Below are positions 37,965 to 46,538 of a stretch of 64,000 nucleotides of DNA, piece by piece; position 1 is the stretch's first letter; every line of letters begins with the position of its first letter. The translations under genes and the position numbers were made by a program. Under the pieces are notes generated by a model, which saw only the letters and a program-made list of their open reading frames with translations, made no database searches and had not been told where the DNA came from. The stretch is from a virus. Taxonomy: Duplodnaviria > Caudoviricetes. The DNA lies in the IMG/VR virus record IMGVR_UViG_3300020577_002562, positions 64,001 to 128,000 of that record; one strand, given 5' to 3'.

Positions 37965-40900
37965 TTAGCCGATTGTGGCATTCAGCATCTGCATGTAGAA
38001 CAGATGTTGAGTATTAGTGCTGATAGCCGATAGAGACATTGTGCCGGTGGTTCCTGTTGCTGCTCCAGGTATTGCTCCTAAAAGAAGTTGTTTAGATGCT
38101 GCGGATGCTTGACCGAATGTACCAAAGCTCAACGAGCCTTGCTGCGTCACTATGAAGTTCGAGACGTTCAGCAAGCCTGATTGCGACGAACCACCGCCAG
38201 TTGTAGCAGCACTGGATACTCTGTGTGCCATCCAGTATTCGCCCGCCGTTAGAGTAGTCACCAACGGTATGGCAACAGCTTTGTAGCCGGTGAGAGCAGA
38301 TGCCCACGAGGTGTTGGTAGACTGGCTATTCGAGAAACCTAGAACACCGCCAGTGCTGTCGGTCACCCACTGCATCTGGAACGACGCCGACGATGACGAC
38401 TGTGACAGACTAGCAGTAACTGCCCAGCTTCCACTCGCTACAGACACTAGGTTTGAACTGTTAGCACCGTAGTCTTGTCTTGAGAAGAAGGTGACCCCGT
38501 GGAACTGAACTTGGGTAATTGAGCAGCTAGAGTTTGCTGTGGACAGTGCTGGTATCACTGCCGACATAGACTTACTTACAACCACAACCTTCATCGCCAA
38601 ATCTTCTTGGATATTGAACGGGTTGAAGTAGTAGCTGGTCGTGTGCGAGGATGTCGAGCTACCTGTGATACGCGGATACGGCTCAAAGAACTGCTGTTGC
38701 GTAGCATTCCCTTGAATGATCAGCGTATCATTGCTCACGCCTACTGACACACCGCTCTGTCCAGAGATGATCTGGCTCAGGTGCGATACTGTGCCGCTGG
38801 TGTTCTTACCAGCAACCGTGTTGGCGCCTGTCGCATACCAGGTGCTGTTGGCAAGCGCTGCGGTAACGATGCTAGAGTTCGACATCCCAAACGAGATGTT
38901 GTTGCTGTTACTAAAGACAATCGTACCACTGGTAGCAGTCTGCGTGCCTGCCGCAATGTTCGGCCCCGTCTGATTTATGACGCCACCGCCACCGCTGATT
39001 ATCAGCGTATTGCTGCTGACACCTACCGATACGCCACCAGCACCACTGATGATGTACTGATCATTATTGAAGGCTCCAGAAGTGTTCGTACCTGCAATGG
39101 TGTTGGCGCCAGTCGCAAACCACGAGTCACTACCCTCAGATATGGAGAGTGCCAAGTTCAGGCCGTTGCTGTTTAGCGTAGCAGAGGCATTTATGTTGGT
39201 TAGCCCAAGCGTTGTTCCAGTACCAGCATAGCCTCTAGCGTCTAGAGAAATACCACCACTGTTGACCGACCAGGTGACATTAGACTGAGCAGTATTCAAG
39301 CCAACGGCATCAGTCGATGCGCGTGCCGTAGTCAACCATGCCGGATGCTGGAACCAAACAGTGTTGGGACCACCAACCGCCGTGGATTGAGACAGAGTGA
39401 TGGATTGAGATCCTGCCAGAACCCAGTCAACCCCCGTGCTTACACCTGTATTACCGGCGGTCTGTCCTGTATTCGATACGCCTAATGCTTTGATAGCAGA
39501 TTGATTGCTCTGCGCAACCGTGTTGGGTCCACTGATGGTCAGCGACACAGAGCTGCCATTTGAGGACTGGCGCAAAGTGATGTTGTTGCCGCCGATCAGG
39601 ATGTACCGAAGTCCGGCTCCGTCGAATGTTCCTGTAGTACCAGCGGTGTTGCCATTGGTACTCATGCCGATGTTGATCGGATCGAATGAGGCAGTTATCA
39701 CACTGCTATTCGACATCCCAAACGTGATTTTGTTGCTGTTGCTAAAGACAACAGTACCACTGGTAGCGGTTTGTGTACCCGCTGCAGCGCTCGGCCCACC
39801 TCCAGCGCCACCAGTCTGTGAAATAACAACCGACCCCCCAGACATACCGACACTGATGTTGCCAGCACCACTGAAACTCAGTGATCGGGCATCAACAGTG
39901 GAGCTACTTGACTGCCCAGTCGTGTTACCGACGTGGTACAGCCCAACTGTTTGATTAGTTTGTGCTGCGTAAGAAGCACTGGCAGTAATGACACCTGCGG
40001 CCAACCCAAAGCTAACGTTGTTGCCGTCAGACAGAGTGAGTGTTGTCGAAACAGTAGATACACCCCCATTAACCGCCAGCGCGTTCACACCATCCGCCGC
40101 CCCTGCCGCCCCTCCGCTAATGGTGATGGCATTACCGTTCTGACTCAGAGTGATATTGTTGCCACCTGCCAATGACAGTACGCCACTAGAGACCTGCGCC
40201 ATTACGCCAGCAGTGTTGCCACTTAGCGTGAGGTTGAAGCGATCTTGGGTCTGTACGGTCTGTGCCGCAGTGGTTGCCGAGATGCGCAACGACCCATTAG
40301 ACATACCCACGGACACAATACCCGCGCCATCATAACTGATGGACCTGGCGTCAACTGTGGAACTAGAAGACTGTCCGGTGGTGTTCCCTACTTGGTACAG
40401 CCCTACCGTCTGGTTGGTTTGAGCTACTGTATTGGGACCACTGATCGTGACGGCATTACCATTCTGCGACAGGGTGATGTTGTTACCACCCGCCAAAGAC
40501 ATGGTCCCAGAACTGATCTGAGCCATCACCCCAGCCGTGTTGCCACTCAACGTGACATTGTGCAGGTTCTGGGTCTGGACTGTTTGTGCAGCAGTGCTAA
40601 CGGACAGCACCACTGATCCGCCAGACATACCGACACTAATGTTGCCAGTGCCTTGAAAGCTCAAGCTACGCGCATCTACGGTGGAGCTACTGGATTGTCC
40701 TGTGGTGTTACCGACACCATAAACCCCAACGGTTTGTGCTGTTTGCGCCGGGACCGTCGCAGAAATTCTGAGCGACCCGGCAGACATGCCGACCGACACA
40801 ATACCTGCGCCATCGTAACTGATCGAACGAGCATCAACTGTACTGCTACTGGATTGTCCTGTTGTGTTTCCTACACCATACAGTCCAACTGTTTGATTGG

Positions 40901-43145
40901 TCTGATCACTACCTGTAGCAGAGATGACGAAACTGCCATTGGAGTGCCCAACCGAGATGATGCCCGAACCTCTAATCGACAGGGTTCTAGCATCTACTGT
41001 TGAACTACTAGACACACCTGTAGTGTTACCAACACCATACAAGCCGATGGTCTGATTTGTCTGAGGTACATGGCTGGCACCACTGATAGTGACAGCATTG
41101 CCGACCTGGCTCAGGGTGATGTTATTGCCACCGGCAAGTGTGAGTGTTCCACTCGATACAGCAGCAAGTGTACCTGAGGTGTTTCCACTAAGCGTGACGT
41201 TGTGTAGGTTTTGTGTTTGAACGGTTTGCGCTACAGTGTTCGGACCGCTGATAGTGACAGCGTTACCGACCTGACTCAGGGTGATGTTATTGCCACCGGC
41301 CAAGGACAGCGTTCCGCTAGAGACTTGAGCCAATGTTCCCGACGTGTTACCACTCAACGTCAGATTGAATCGACTTTGGGTCTGTACCGTTTGCGCTGCA
41401 CTTGTGGCAGACACAACCACAGATCCTCCGGACATGCCGACTGACACCAGCCCAGCACCACTGAAGGACAAACTGCGGGCATCAACTGTGCTACTGCTAG
41501 ACTGTCCTGTGGTGTTACCGACTTCGTAGAGGCCGATTGTCTGGTTGGACTGCACTGCGGCCGATGGCCCACTGATGGTGACAGCGTTACCAACCTGGCT
41601 CAGGGTGATGTTCGGACCACCCGCTAAAGACAGTGTTCCGCTAGAAATCTGAGCCAATGTACCGGAGGTGTTACCGCCCAGAGTGACGTTGTGCAGATTC
41701 TGGGTTTGGACAGTTTGCGATGCAGTAGTGACTGAAACGACTAGCTGCCCACCAGACATGCCAACAGATGCAATACCCGCCCCGCTGACACTAAGACTGC
41801 GAGCATCAATCGTACTAGAGCTGGACTGCCCAGTAGTGTTGCCGACCTGGTACAGACCTACAGTCTGATTGGTCTGTGCCACAGTGTTAGGACCACTGAT
41901 AGTGACAGCATTGCCTGCTTGGCTCAACGTGATGTTGTTTCCACCAGCCAAGGACAGTACACCGGAGCTAACAAGTGCCAGCGTGCCAGAAGTATTGCCG
42001 CTCAGTGACAGGTTGAATCGACTCTGTGTTTGTAGGGTCTGCGCCGCAGTGGTGGCAGATACAACCACCTGATTGTTGGTCATGCCAACAGAGATGATTC
42101 CGGCACCACTCAATGAAATGGAACGCGCATCGAACGTCCCACTAGAGGCTTCACCGGTGGTATTACCTGCTTGGTATACGCGCAGAGACTGTACCGACTG
42201 AGCTACTGTGTTCGGACCACTGATCGTGATTGCATTGCCAACCTGCGACAGAGTGATGTTATTACCACCCGCGAGAGACAATGTGCCGCTAGATACTTGA
42301 GCCAACGTACCGGACGTGTTCCCGGCCAGCGTTACGTTATGCAGATTCTGCGTCTGAACGGTCTGTGCCACAGTGTTAGGACCACTGATAGTGACAGCAT
42401 TGCCTGCTTGGCTCAACGTGATGTTGTTTCCACCAGCTAGCACCAGGGTTCCGCTCGATACTTGTGCCAGTGTTCCTGACGTGTTCCCGGCCAGAGCAAC
42501 ATCCAGAGCATGTTGAGTCTGTACCGTTTGCGCTACTGTGTTAGGGCCACTGATCGTTACCGCGTTACCATTCTGCGACAGGGTGATGTTGTTACCGCCA
42601 GCAAGCGTGAGCGTTCCGCTTGATACCTGCGCTACCACCCCAGCAGTGTTGCCACTCAGGGACAGGTTGAATCGATCCTGAGTTTGCGCTGACTGCGCAA
42701 CGGTATTAGCACCACTGATCGTGACGTTGTTGCCTGCTTGGCTCAACGTGATGTTGTTGCCGCCTATCAACACCAGCGTACCGCTGGAAACCAAAGACAA
42801 TGTGCCTGAGGTATTGCCTGCTAGACTTACGTCGTGCACGTGCTGGGTCTGAACTGTCTGCGACGGGAATGTGGCTGTTGCCGTAATCACACCGCCAGCC
42901 ATCCCAAAGCTGACGTTGTTCGAGTTTGACAGAGTGAGTGTTGTGGCGGAGGTGCTAACCCCAGCGTTCACCACCAGAGCGTTGGCACCGTCTGTTGGTA
43001 CGGTAGTCCAAACACCGTCACCCCGAAGGAAATTGGACGTAGCTGGTGTTCCGGTTCCAAGAACAGCCGGGTCTACAGTATTCGGCGGTAGCAGCCGCTC
43101 CGGGTCGCCTTGCGTATTCAGAAAGATAGGCTTTTCAGCCATCAC
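37965..43145 (-). CDS. giant Ser/Thr/Gly/Asn-rich repetitive fibre protein
   Basis: 1726 aa; N-terminal LGTGT...FLRGDG.W fibre motif; two interleaved repeat units; non-repetitive C-terminal domain. Confidence 0.8.
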   Translation of the reverse strand: MMAEKPIFLNTQGDPERLLPPNTVDPAVLGTGTPATSNFLRGDGVWTTVPTDGANALVVNAGVSTSATTLTLSNSNNVSFGMAGGVITATATFPSQTVQTQHVHDVSLAGNTSGTLSLVSSGTLVLIGGNNITLSQAGNNVTISGANTVAQSAQTQDRFNLSLSGNTAGVVAQVSSGTLTLAGGNNITLSQNGNAVTISGPNTVAQTVQTQHALDVALAGNTSGTLAQVSSGTLVLAGGNNITLSQAGNAVTISGPNTVAQTVQTQNLHNVTLAGNTSGTLAQVSSGTLSLAGGNNITLSQVGNAITISGPNTVAQSVQSLRVYQAGNTTGEASSGTFDARSISLSGAGIISVGMTNNQVVVSATTAAQTLQTQSRFNLSLSGNTSGTLALVSSGVLSLAGGNNITLSQAGNAVTISGPNTVAQTNQTVGLYQVGNTTGQSSSSTIDARSLSVSGAGIASVGMSGGQLVVSVTTASQTVQTQNLHNVTLGGNTSGTLAQISSGTLSLAGGPNITLSQVGNAVTISGPSAAVQSNQTIGLYEVGNTTGQSSSSTVDARSLSFSGAGLVSVGMSGGSVVVSATSAAQTVQTQSRFNLTLSGNTSGTLAQVSSGTLSLAGGNNITLSQVGNAVTISGPNTVAQTVQTQNLHNVTLSGNTSGTLAAVSSGTLTLAGGNNITLSQVGNAVTISGASHVPQTNQTIGLYGVGNTTGVSSSSTVDARTLSIRGSGIISVGHSNGSFVISATGSDQTNQTVGLYGVGNTTGQSSSSTVDARSISYDGAGIVSVGMSAGSLRISATVPAQTAQTVGVYGVGNTTGQSSSSTVDARSLSFQGTGNISVGMSGGSVVLSVSTAAQTVQTQNLHNVTLSGNTAGVMAQISSGTMSLAGGNNITLSQNGNAVTISGPNTVAQTNQTVGLYQVGNTTGQSSSSTVDARSISYDGAGIVSVGMSNGSLRISATTAAQTVQTQDRFNLTLSGNTAGVMAQVSSGVLSLAGGNNITLSQNGNAITISGGAAGAADGVNALAVNGGVSTVSTTLTLSDGNNVSFGLAAGVITASASYAAQTNQTVGLYHVGNTTGQSSSSTVDARSLSFSGAGNISVGMSGGSVVISQTGGAGGGPSAAAGTQTATSGTVVFSNSNKITFGMSNSSVITASFDPINIGMSTNGNTAGTTGTFDGAGLRYILIGGNNITLRQSSNGSSVSLTISGPNTVAQSNQSAIKALGVSNTGQTAGNTGVSTGVDWVLAGSQSITLSQSTAVGGPNTVWFQHPAWLTTARASTDAVGLNTAQSNVTWSVNSGGISLDARGYAGTGTTLGLTNINASATLNSNGLNLALSISEGSDSWFATGANTIAGTNTSGAFNNDQYIISGAGGVSVGVSSNTLIISGGGGVINQTGPNIAAGTQTATSGTIVFSNSNNISFGMSNSSIVTAALANSTWYATGANTVAGKNTSGTVSHLSQIISGQSGVSVGVSNDTLIIQGNATQQQFFEPYPRITGSSTSSHTTSYYFNPFNIQEDLAMKVVVVSKSMSAVIPALSTANSSCSITQVQFHGVTFFSRQDYGANSSNLVSVASGSWAVTASLSQSSSSASFQMQWVTDSTGGVLGFSNSQSTNTSWASALTGYKAVAIPLVTTLTAGEYWMAHRVSSAATTGGGSSQSGLLNVSNFIVTQQGSLSFGTFGQASAASKQLLLGAIPGAATGTTGTMSLSAISTNTQHLFYMQMLNATIG
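39800..42860 (-). repeat. coding array of ~55-aa (A) and ~53-aa (B) units
   Basis: 10 A units (…GNTSGTLAQVSSGTLSLAGGNNITLSQ…) and 8 B units (…GNTTGQSSSSTVDARS…) counted in the translation. Confidence 0.9.
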
Positions 43146-43155
43146 GCTCTCCAGG

Positions 43156-43704
43156 TCATGTCAGACGGATAGGAAGAGTGTCCAGCATCAGTTGAAGATG
43201 CGTGGTCGAAATAGCTTTTCCTACACGTACTTGCCATCCAGTTGTTGGGAGTGTTGACGTAATAGAGCCTGCTACCGTTGTGCTCAGGTAGTAGAATGCG
43301 TTGGGTGCAAGACCACCGCTTCCACCTGTTACTGTATCCCACTGACCAGTGGTTGCGGACATTGTGCCATCGATGGCTATTGTTGCGCTTGCATTGTTTA
43401 GTACAGACACGTCAGTCACAAAACCTGTCGGGCGACGAGTGCCGTCCGCATTGGCCTGTGCCAACCCGACTGTGCCGTTACCGTTGGTGTAGACAATTTG
43501 CCCGATCACCATAGTCGAACCGCTCGTATTCAGCAGCGACTCGGTGTTTGTGTTGCTACCCATTGGTCCAGGCGGGCCAGCGGGTCCTTGTTCATTGACA
43601 CTGGTCAAAGTCACCACCTGCTCAGTGGTATCTACGCTGACTACAGTGTCACTGACTTCGACGATGGTGGTCGGTGCTGTAGGCACCAGTACAACGTCAA
43701 CCAT
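43156..43704 (-). CDS. putative fibre/adaptor protein with short collagen-like motif
   Basis: QGPAGPPGPMG followed by a beta domain (GQIVY...LAQAN...YYLSTT..G...VGKAIS). Confidence 0.6.
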   Translation of the reverse strand: MVDVVLVPTAPTTIVEVSDTVVSVDTTEQVVTLTSVNEQGPAGPPGPMGSNTNTESLLNTSGSTMVIGQIVYTNGNGTVGLAQANADGTRRPTGFVTDVSVLNNASATIAIDGTMSATTGQWDTVTGGSGGLAPNAFYYLSTTVAGSITSTLPTTGWQVRVGKAISTTHLQLMLDTLPIRLT

Positions 43705-44050
43705 GTACGGCTCCAGGCACAATCGTCATCACACCCTCTATAAGAGACAGTGTATCTCCTTGAGTGTCAACTACATGCAGACCGTAGTGATAGTGATCCT
43801 CAGTAAGTGCTAGCATCTGAACGTCTGTTGCCAGCATCGTCAGTGAGCCAGTCAAGTTCACAATGAGAATGCCAGATGGGCTCGTCAACTCAAGCGCAAC
43901 CGGAGCAGTCAATGCCGTCGATATGCGGAATTGAGCCTTAGCCGTGTAACCAGTCAAGTTGACAGGAGTTCCGTTGGAAGTCCAAAGGAACGTCTTGCGG
44001 AGAGTAGCACCACGATAGATGCTAAAGTTGTGGATGCCTGGCGTGATCAT
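43697..44050 (-). CDS. small phage structural/adaptor protein
   Basis: I.RGAT...PVNLTGYTAKAQFR...G pattern often found upstream of fibre genes. Confidence 0.6.
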   Translation of the reverse strand: MITPGIHNFSIYRGATLRKTFLWTSNGTPVNLTGYTAKAQFRISTALTAPVALELTSPSGILIVNLTGSLTMLATDVQMLALTEDHYHYGLHVVDTQGDTLSLIEGVMTIVPGAVHG

Positions 44051-44062
44051 CAGATCCTCACT

Positions 44063-45184
44063 TCAACGGCCCCAAGGTAGCAAGCCTTTTCTCAGAGCAC
44101 TGCGGTCTTTTCTGCGTTGCAGTCTCTCTTCATTTTGACGGAAGGCATCGATGGCAGCTTTCAAAAGGTTCTGATCCATCTTCTCTGGGTTTGGATGCTT
44201 GAACAACTTGTCCAACTGTACAACCTTCATCTGCCTTTGGTATGGCCATTCCATCACTGTCCAACCGCGACCATAAGGGTACGCCAACGCTCCGTCAATC
44301 TGCTCACCATTCCATACACCCTTGACAAACATGCCAGCAGTTGGGTTGTAGACAGGAGATAGCGTCTGAAGCTTCTTCATGTTCTGGTGCTCGCCCTCAC
44401 GAATCTTCTGCACCTTCTGCTCGTGGGCTTTCCGTTCACCCTCTTTCATGTATACGGTGTTAGGATTCGGATCGTAGCGTAGTGGATTCAGACCGACCTT
44501 ACGCATCCACTTTTGCCACGTAGGTCCGTGCCCCTTATTCACATTTTCGATCACACGGTCAATCTCGCTCACAGCCTGATGGCACATCTCATGAAGAAGG
44601 ATCTCAACAAAGAAGTTCTGATGCCCGTTGAACAGGCGAGGCGACAGCCCAATGACACGGCGACTTGCACTCCAGTAGCCACGCCGACGCATGTTCTCGC
44701 CCATATCCTTGGTCAAGAGAAAGTTCGGTGCCTTCATCCGGCTCTGGAACTTCTCACGATTCAAGTAGTCCCACAACTTGCGGACGAATCGGCCAGCTTC
44801 TGGGCTGTTGCGAACGTTGTTCGTTGGCACCTCAGCATACATCTCTTCCAGATGCACGGGGATGCGAACGACCGGTACATTCTTGTCGTCGTTCTCCCGC
44901 GAAGTGCGGATCTTAGGTGGTTTGGGAGCTATTGATGGCTTACCGACCGTGATGGCCTTGATCGATACGTCCGTGTAGATCTTCTTGCTCAATGGGACGT
45001 TGACTTTGACCAGTATACGCCCAACATCGCCTACCGGATAACGTTCCACGTCACCGTCTGCATGCTTGACCTGTACCGCACCTGACGGAAAGACTTTGGT
45101 GACTACGCCCAAATGCCAAGGGCCGCTGAATCGTCCAGCTACTACATCGTTGATGTTGAGTTTGATGGTCTGCATTGTTGACAT
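44063..45184 (-). CDS. SprT-like zinc metalloprotease with Tudor/SH3-like N-terminal domain
   Basis: LNREKF, ILLHEMCHQA, GHGPTWQKWM; AAGGAG RBS. Confidence 0.85.
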   Translation of the reverse strand: MSTMQTIKLNINDVVAGRFSGPWHLGVVTKVFPSGAVQVKHADGDVERYPVGDVGRILVKVNVPLSKKIYTDVSIKAITVGKPSIAPKPPKIRTSRENDDKNVPVVRIPVHLEEMYAEVPTNNVRNSPEAGRFVRKLWDYLNREKFQSRMKAPNFLLTKDMGENMRRRGYWSASRRVIGLSPRLFNGHQNFFVEILLHEMCHQAVSEIDRVIENVNKGHGPTWQKWMRKVGLNPLRYDPNPNTVYMKEGERKAHEQKVQKIREGEHQNMKKLQTLSPVYNPTAGMFVKGVWNGEQIDGALAYPYGRGWTVMEWPYQRQMKVVQLDKLFKHPNPEKMDQNLLKAAIDAFRQNEERLQRRKDRSALRKGLLPWGR

Positions 45185-45214
45185 CTTGCTTCTCCTTTTA
45201 GCTACCCAACCGGG

Positions 45215-46006
45215 TTACTTACCGCGCCAGATAATCAGTTGATCTGACAGTGCCGTTGTGAACGCAGGCGTAGCCACGCTGCTAGTCTCGAAGAACACGA
45301 GGTTGTGTACGTTCTTGAACACCAGGATACCATTACGGATCTCGAACTGTCCGATGGCATTGATGTCCAAGTGAGAGCACTTACCTACTTCAGAACCGCA
45401 GTAGCTGCAGGAGTAACCAGGCTCTTCTTCAATAGTGCCGACCCAGGCGCCCATCGAGTACGAGTTCTGCTCACCGGTCAGAATCCTGTTCGCCAGTACA
45501 CTGTTCTTGGTGCGGTCCAGCGCCAGCAATGCAATCAACTTGTAGACCGGGCGGCCGTTACCATATCCGTGCACCAAACGTAGAGCACAGTCAACGATGA
45601 CCCCAATTGCCTTGGTTGGATCTTGGTTGTCATGCTCTACGTGCATCGGTTTGCCGATCAGAGTACGATAGGCCAAACAACCGTGCTCCAAGTTGAACTT
45701 GACCAGTTCCTTGAGCGGGAATGCCACTGCGTTCCGATTCGGCAAATCGGCTGGCATAATGACAACTGGCACTAGAACATAGTCTTCTAGTGCCGAGCTG
45801 ATTTGATACCTAGGAGCAGCAAACGGGAGCCACTGGCTGAACTCGACCTCGATACCAGCGCCCTTGGAGAAGCCGAGGTCCGAAGCGGCGGTCACAAGTG
45901 AAGCCGTGGCCTTCCGACGCAAACCGTATACGTCGATAGGCTTGGCGTATTGTTCACAGTCGGAGTAGACTGCGAATCCTCGATGAGAGAGCAACTTGCT
46001 AGTCAT
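45215..46006 (-). CDS. prohead maturation protease (HK97/assemblin-like clan SH)
   Basis: PNRN..AFP, GKPMHVEH, YSMGA, CSYCG..CSH, FFETSSVATPA. Confidence 0.78.
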   Translation of the reverse strand: MTSKLLSHRGFAVYSDCEQYAKPIDVYGLRRKATASLVTAASDLGFSKGAGIEVEFSQWLPFAAPRYQISSALEDYVLVPVVIMPADLPNRNAVAFPLKELVKFNLEHGCLAYRTLIGKPMHVEHDNQDPTKAIGVIVDCALRLVHGYGNGRPVYKLIALLALDRTKNSVLANRILTGEQNSYSMGAWVGTIEEEPGYSCSYCGSEVGKCSHLDINAIGQFEIRNGILVFKNVHNLVFFETSSVATPAFTTALSDQLIIWRGK

Positions 46007-46538
46007 TCGGATTCCTTGGTGGACGGAAGTCTACGCGCAGACGAGTTTGCAGTCCTTGATTCGGCATATGCACCATCTTACGCTCTACCTTCTCAAGAGC
46101 ATGGAACCACTTGTTCGCCAGCGGTTCATATGCCAGAGGGTCTTCACGCTTGCCTGGATCTTCGATAGAGCGTTCGATCCACTCTTTGTCTGTCTCAAGC
46201 ATCATGTCCTGTACGAACGTGTGGTCTTCTTCTGGCCTAACGTACAACACTGCTAGATCACACGCAGCAACCGCTTCCTTAGTCGGCGACACAGTGAACT
46301 TCTGAATCACACCTCGAGTTTCTGGAAGGGTGCGCAGCGTGTAGTGCCACACAACCGAACTGACGGGCTGCACCATCGAACTGAGAACTGGAAGTAGCCA
46401 CAGGCTGCTGTCCAGAATGATCGGCTCGATGCGTCTACGTAGTGACAAGCTCTTCAAGTCCTGAATGACCAAAGCCTTAACACGTTCCGAGACTACATCT
46501 GAGCTTTGCTTATAGCAACAGATGAGTACCTTCATCAT
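45999..46538 (-). CDS. hypothetical protein
   Basis: Coupled between the portal and protease genes. Confidence 0.55.
   Translation of the reverse strand: MMKVLICCYKQSSDVVSERVKALVIQDLKSLSLRRRIEPIILDSSLWLLPVLSSMVQPVSSVVWHYTLRTLPETRGVIQKFTVSPTKEAVAACDLAVLYVRPEEDHTFVQDMMLETDKEWIERSIEDPGKREDPLAYEPLANKWFHALEKVERKMVHMPNQGLQTRLRVDFRPPRNPND

Noticed and set aside
15205-37970. CTAATCT as a promoter variant (near 15205, 21814, 37965)
   Set aside because: Also occurs on non-coding strands inside genes (near 51381, 53721, 57299), so it is not distinguishable from background
39800-42860. CRISPR-like or non-coding repeat array
   Set aside because: Repeats are in-frame, vary at synonymous sites and have no unique spacers
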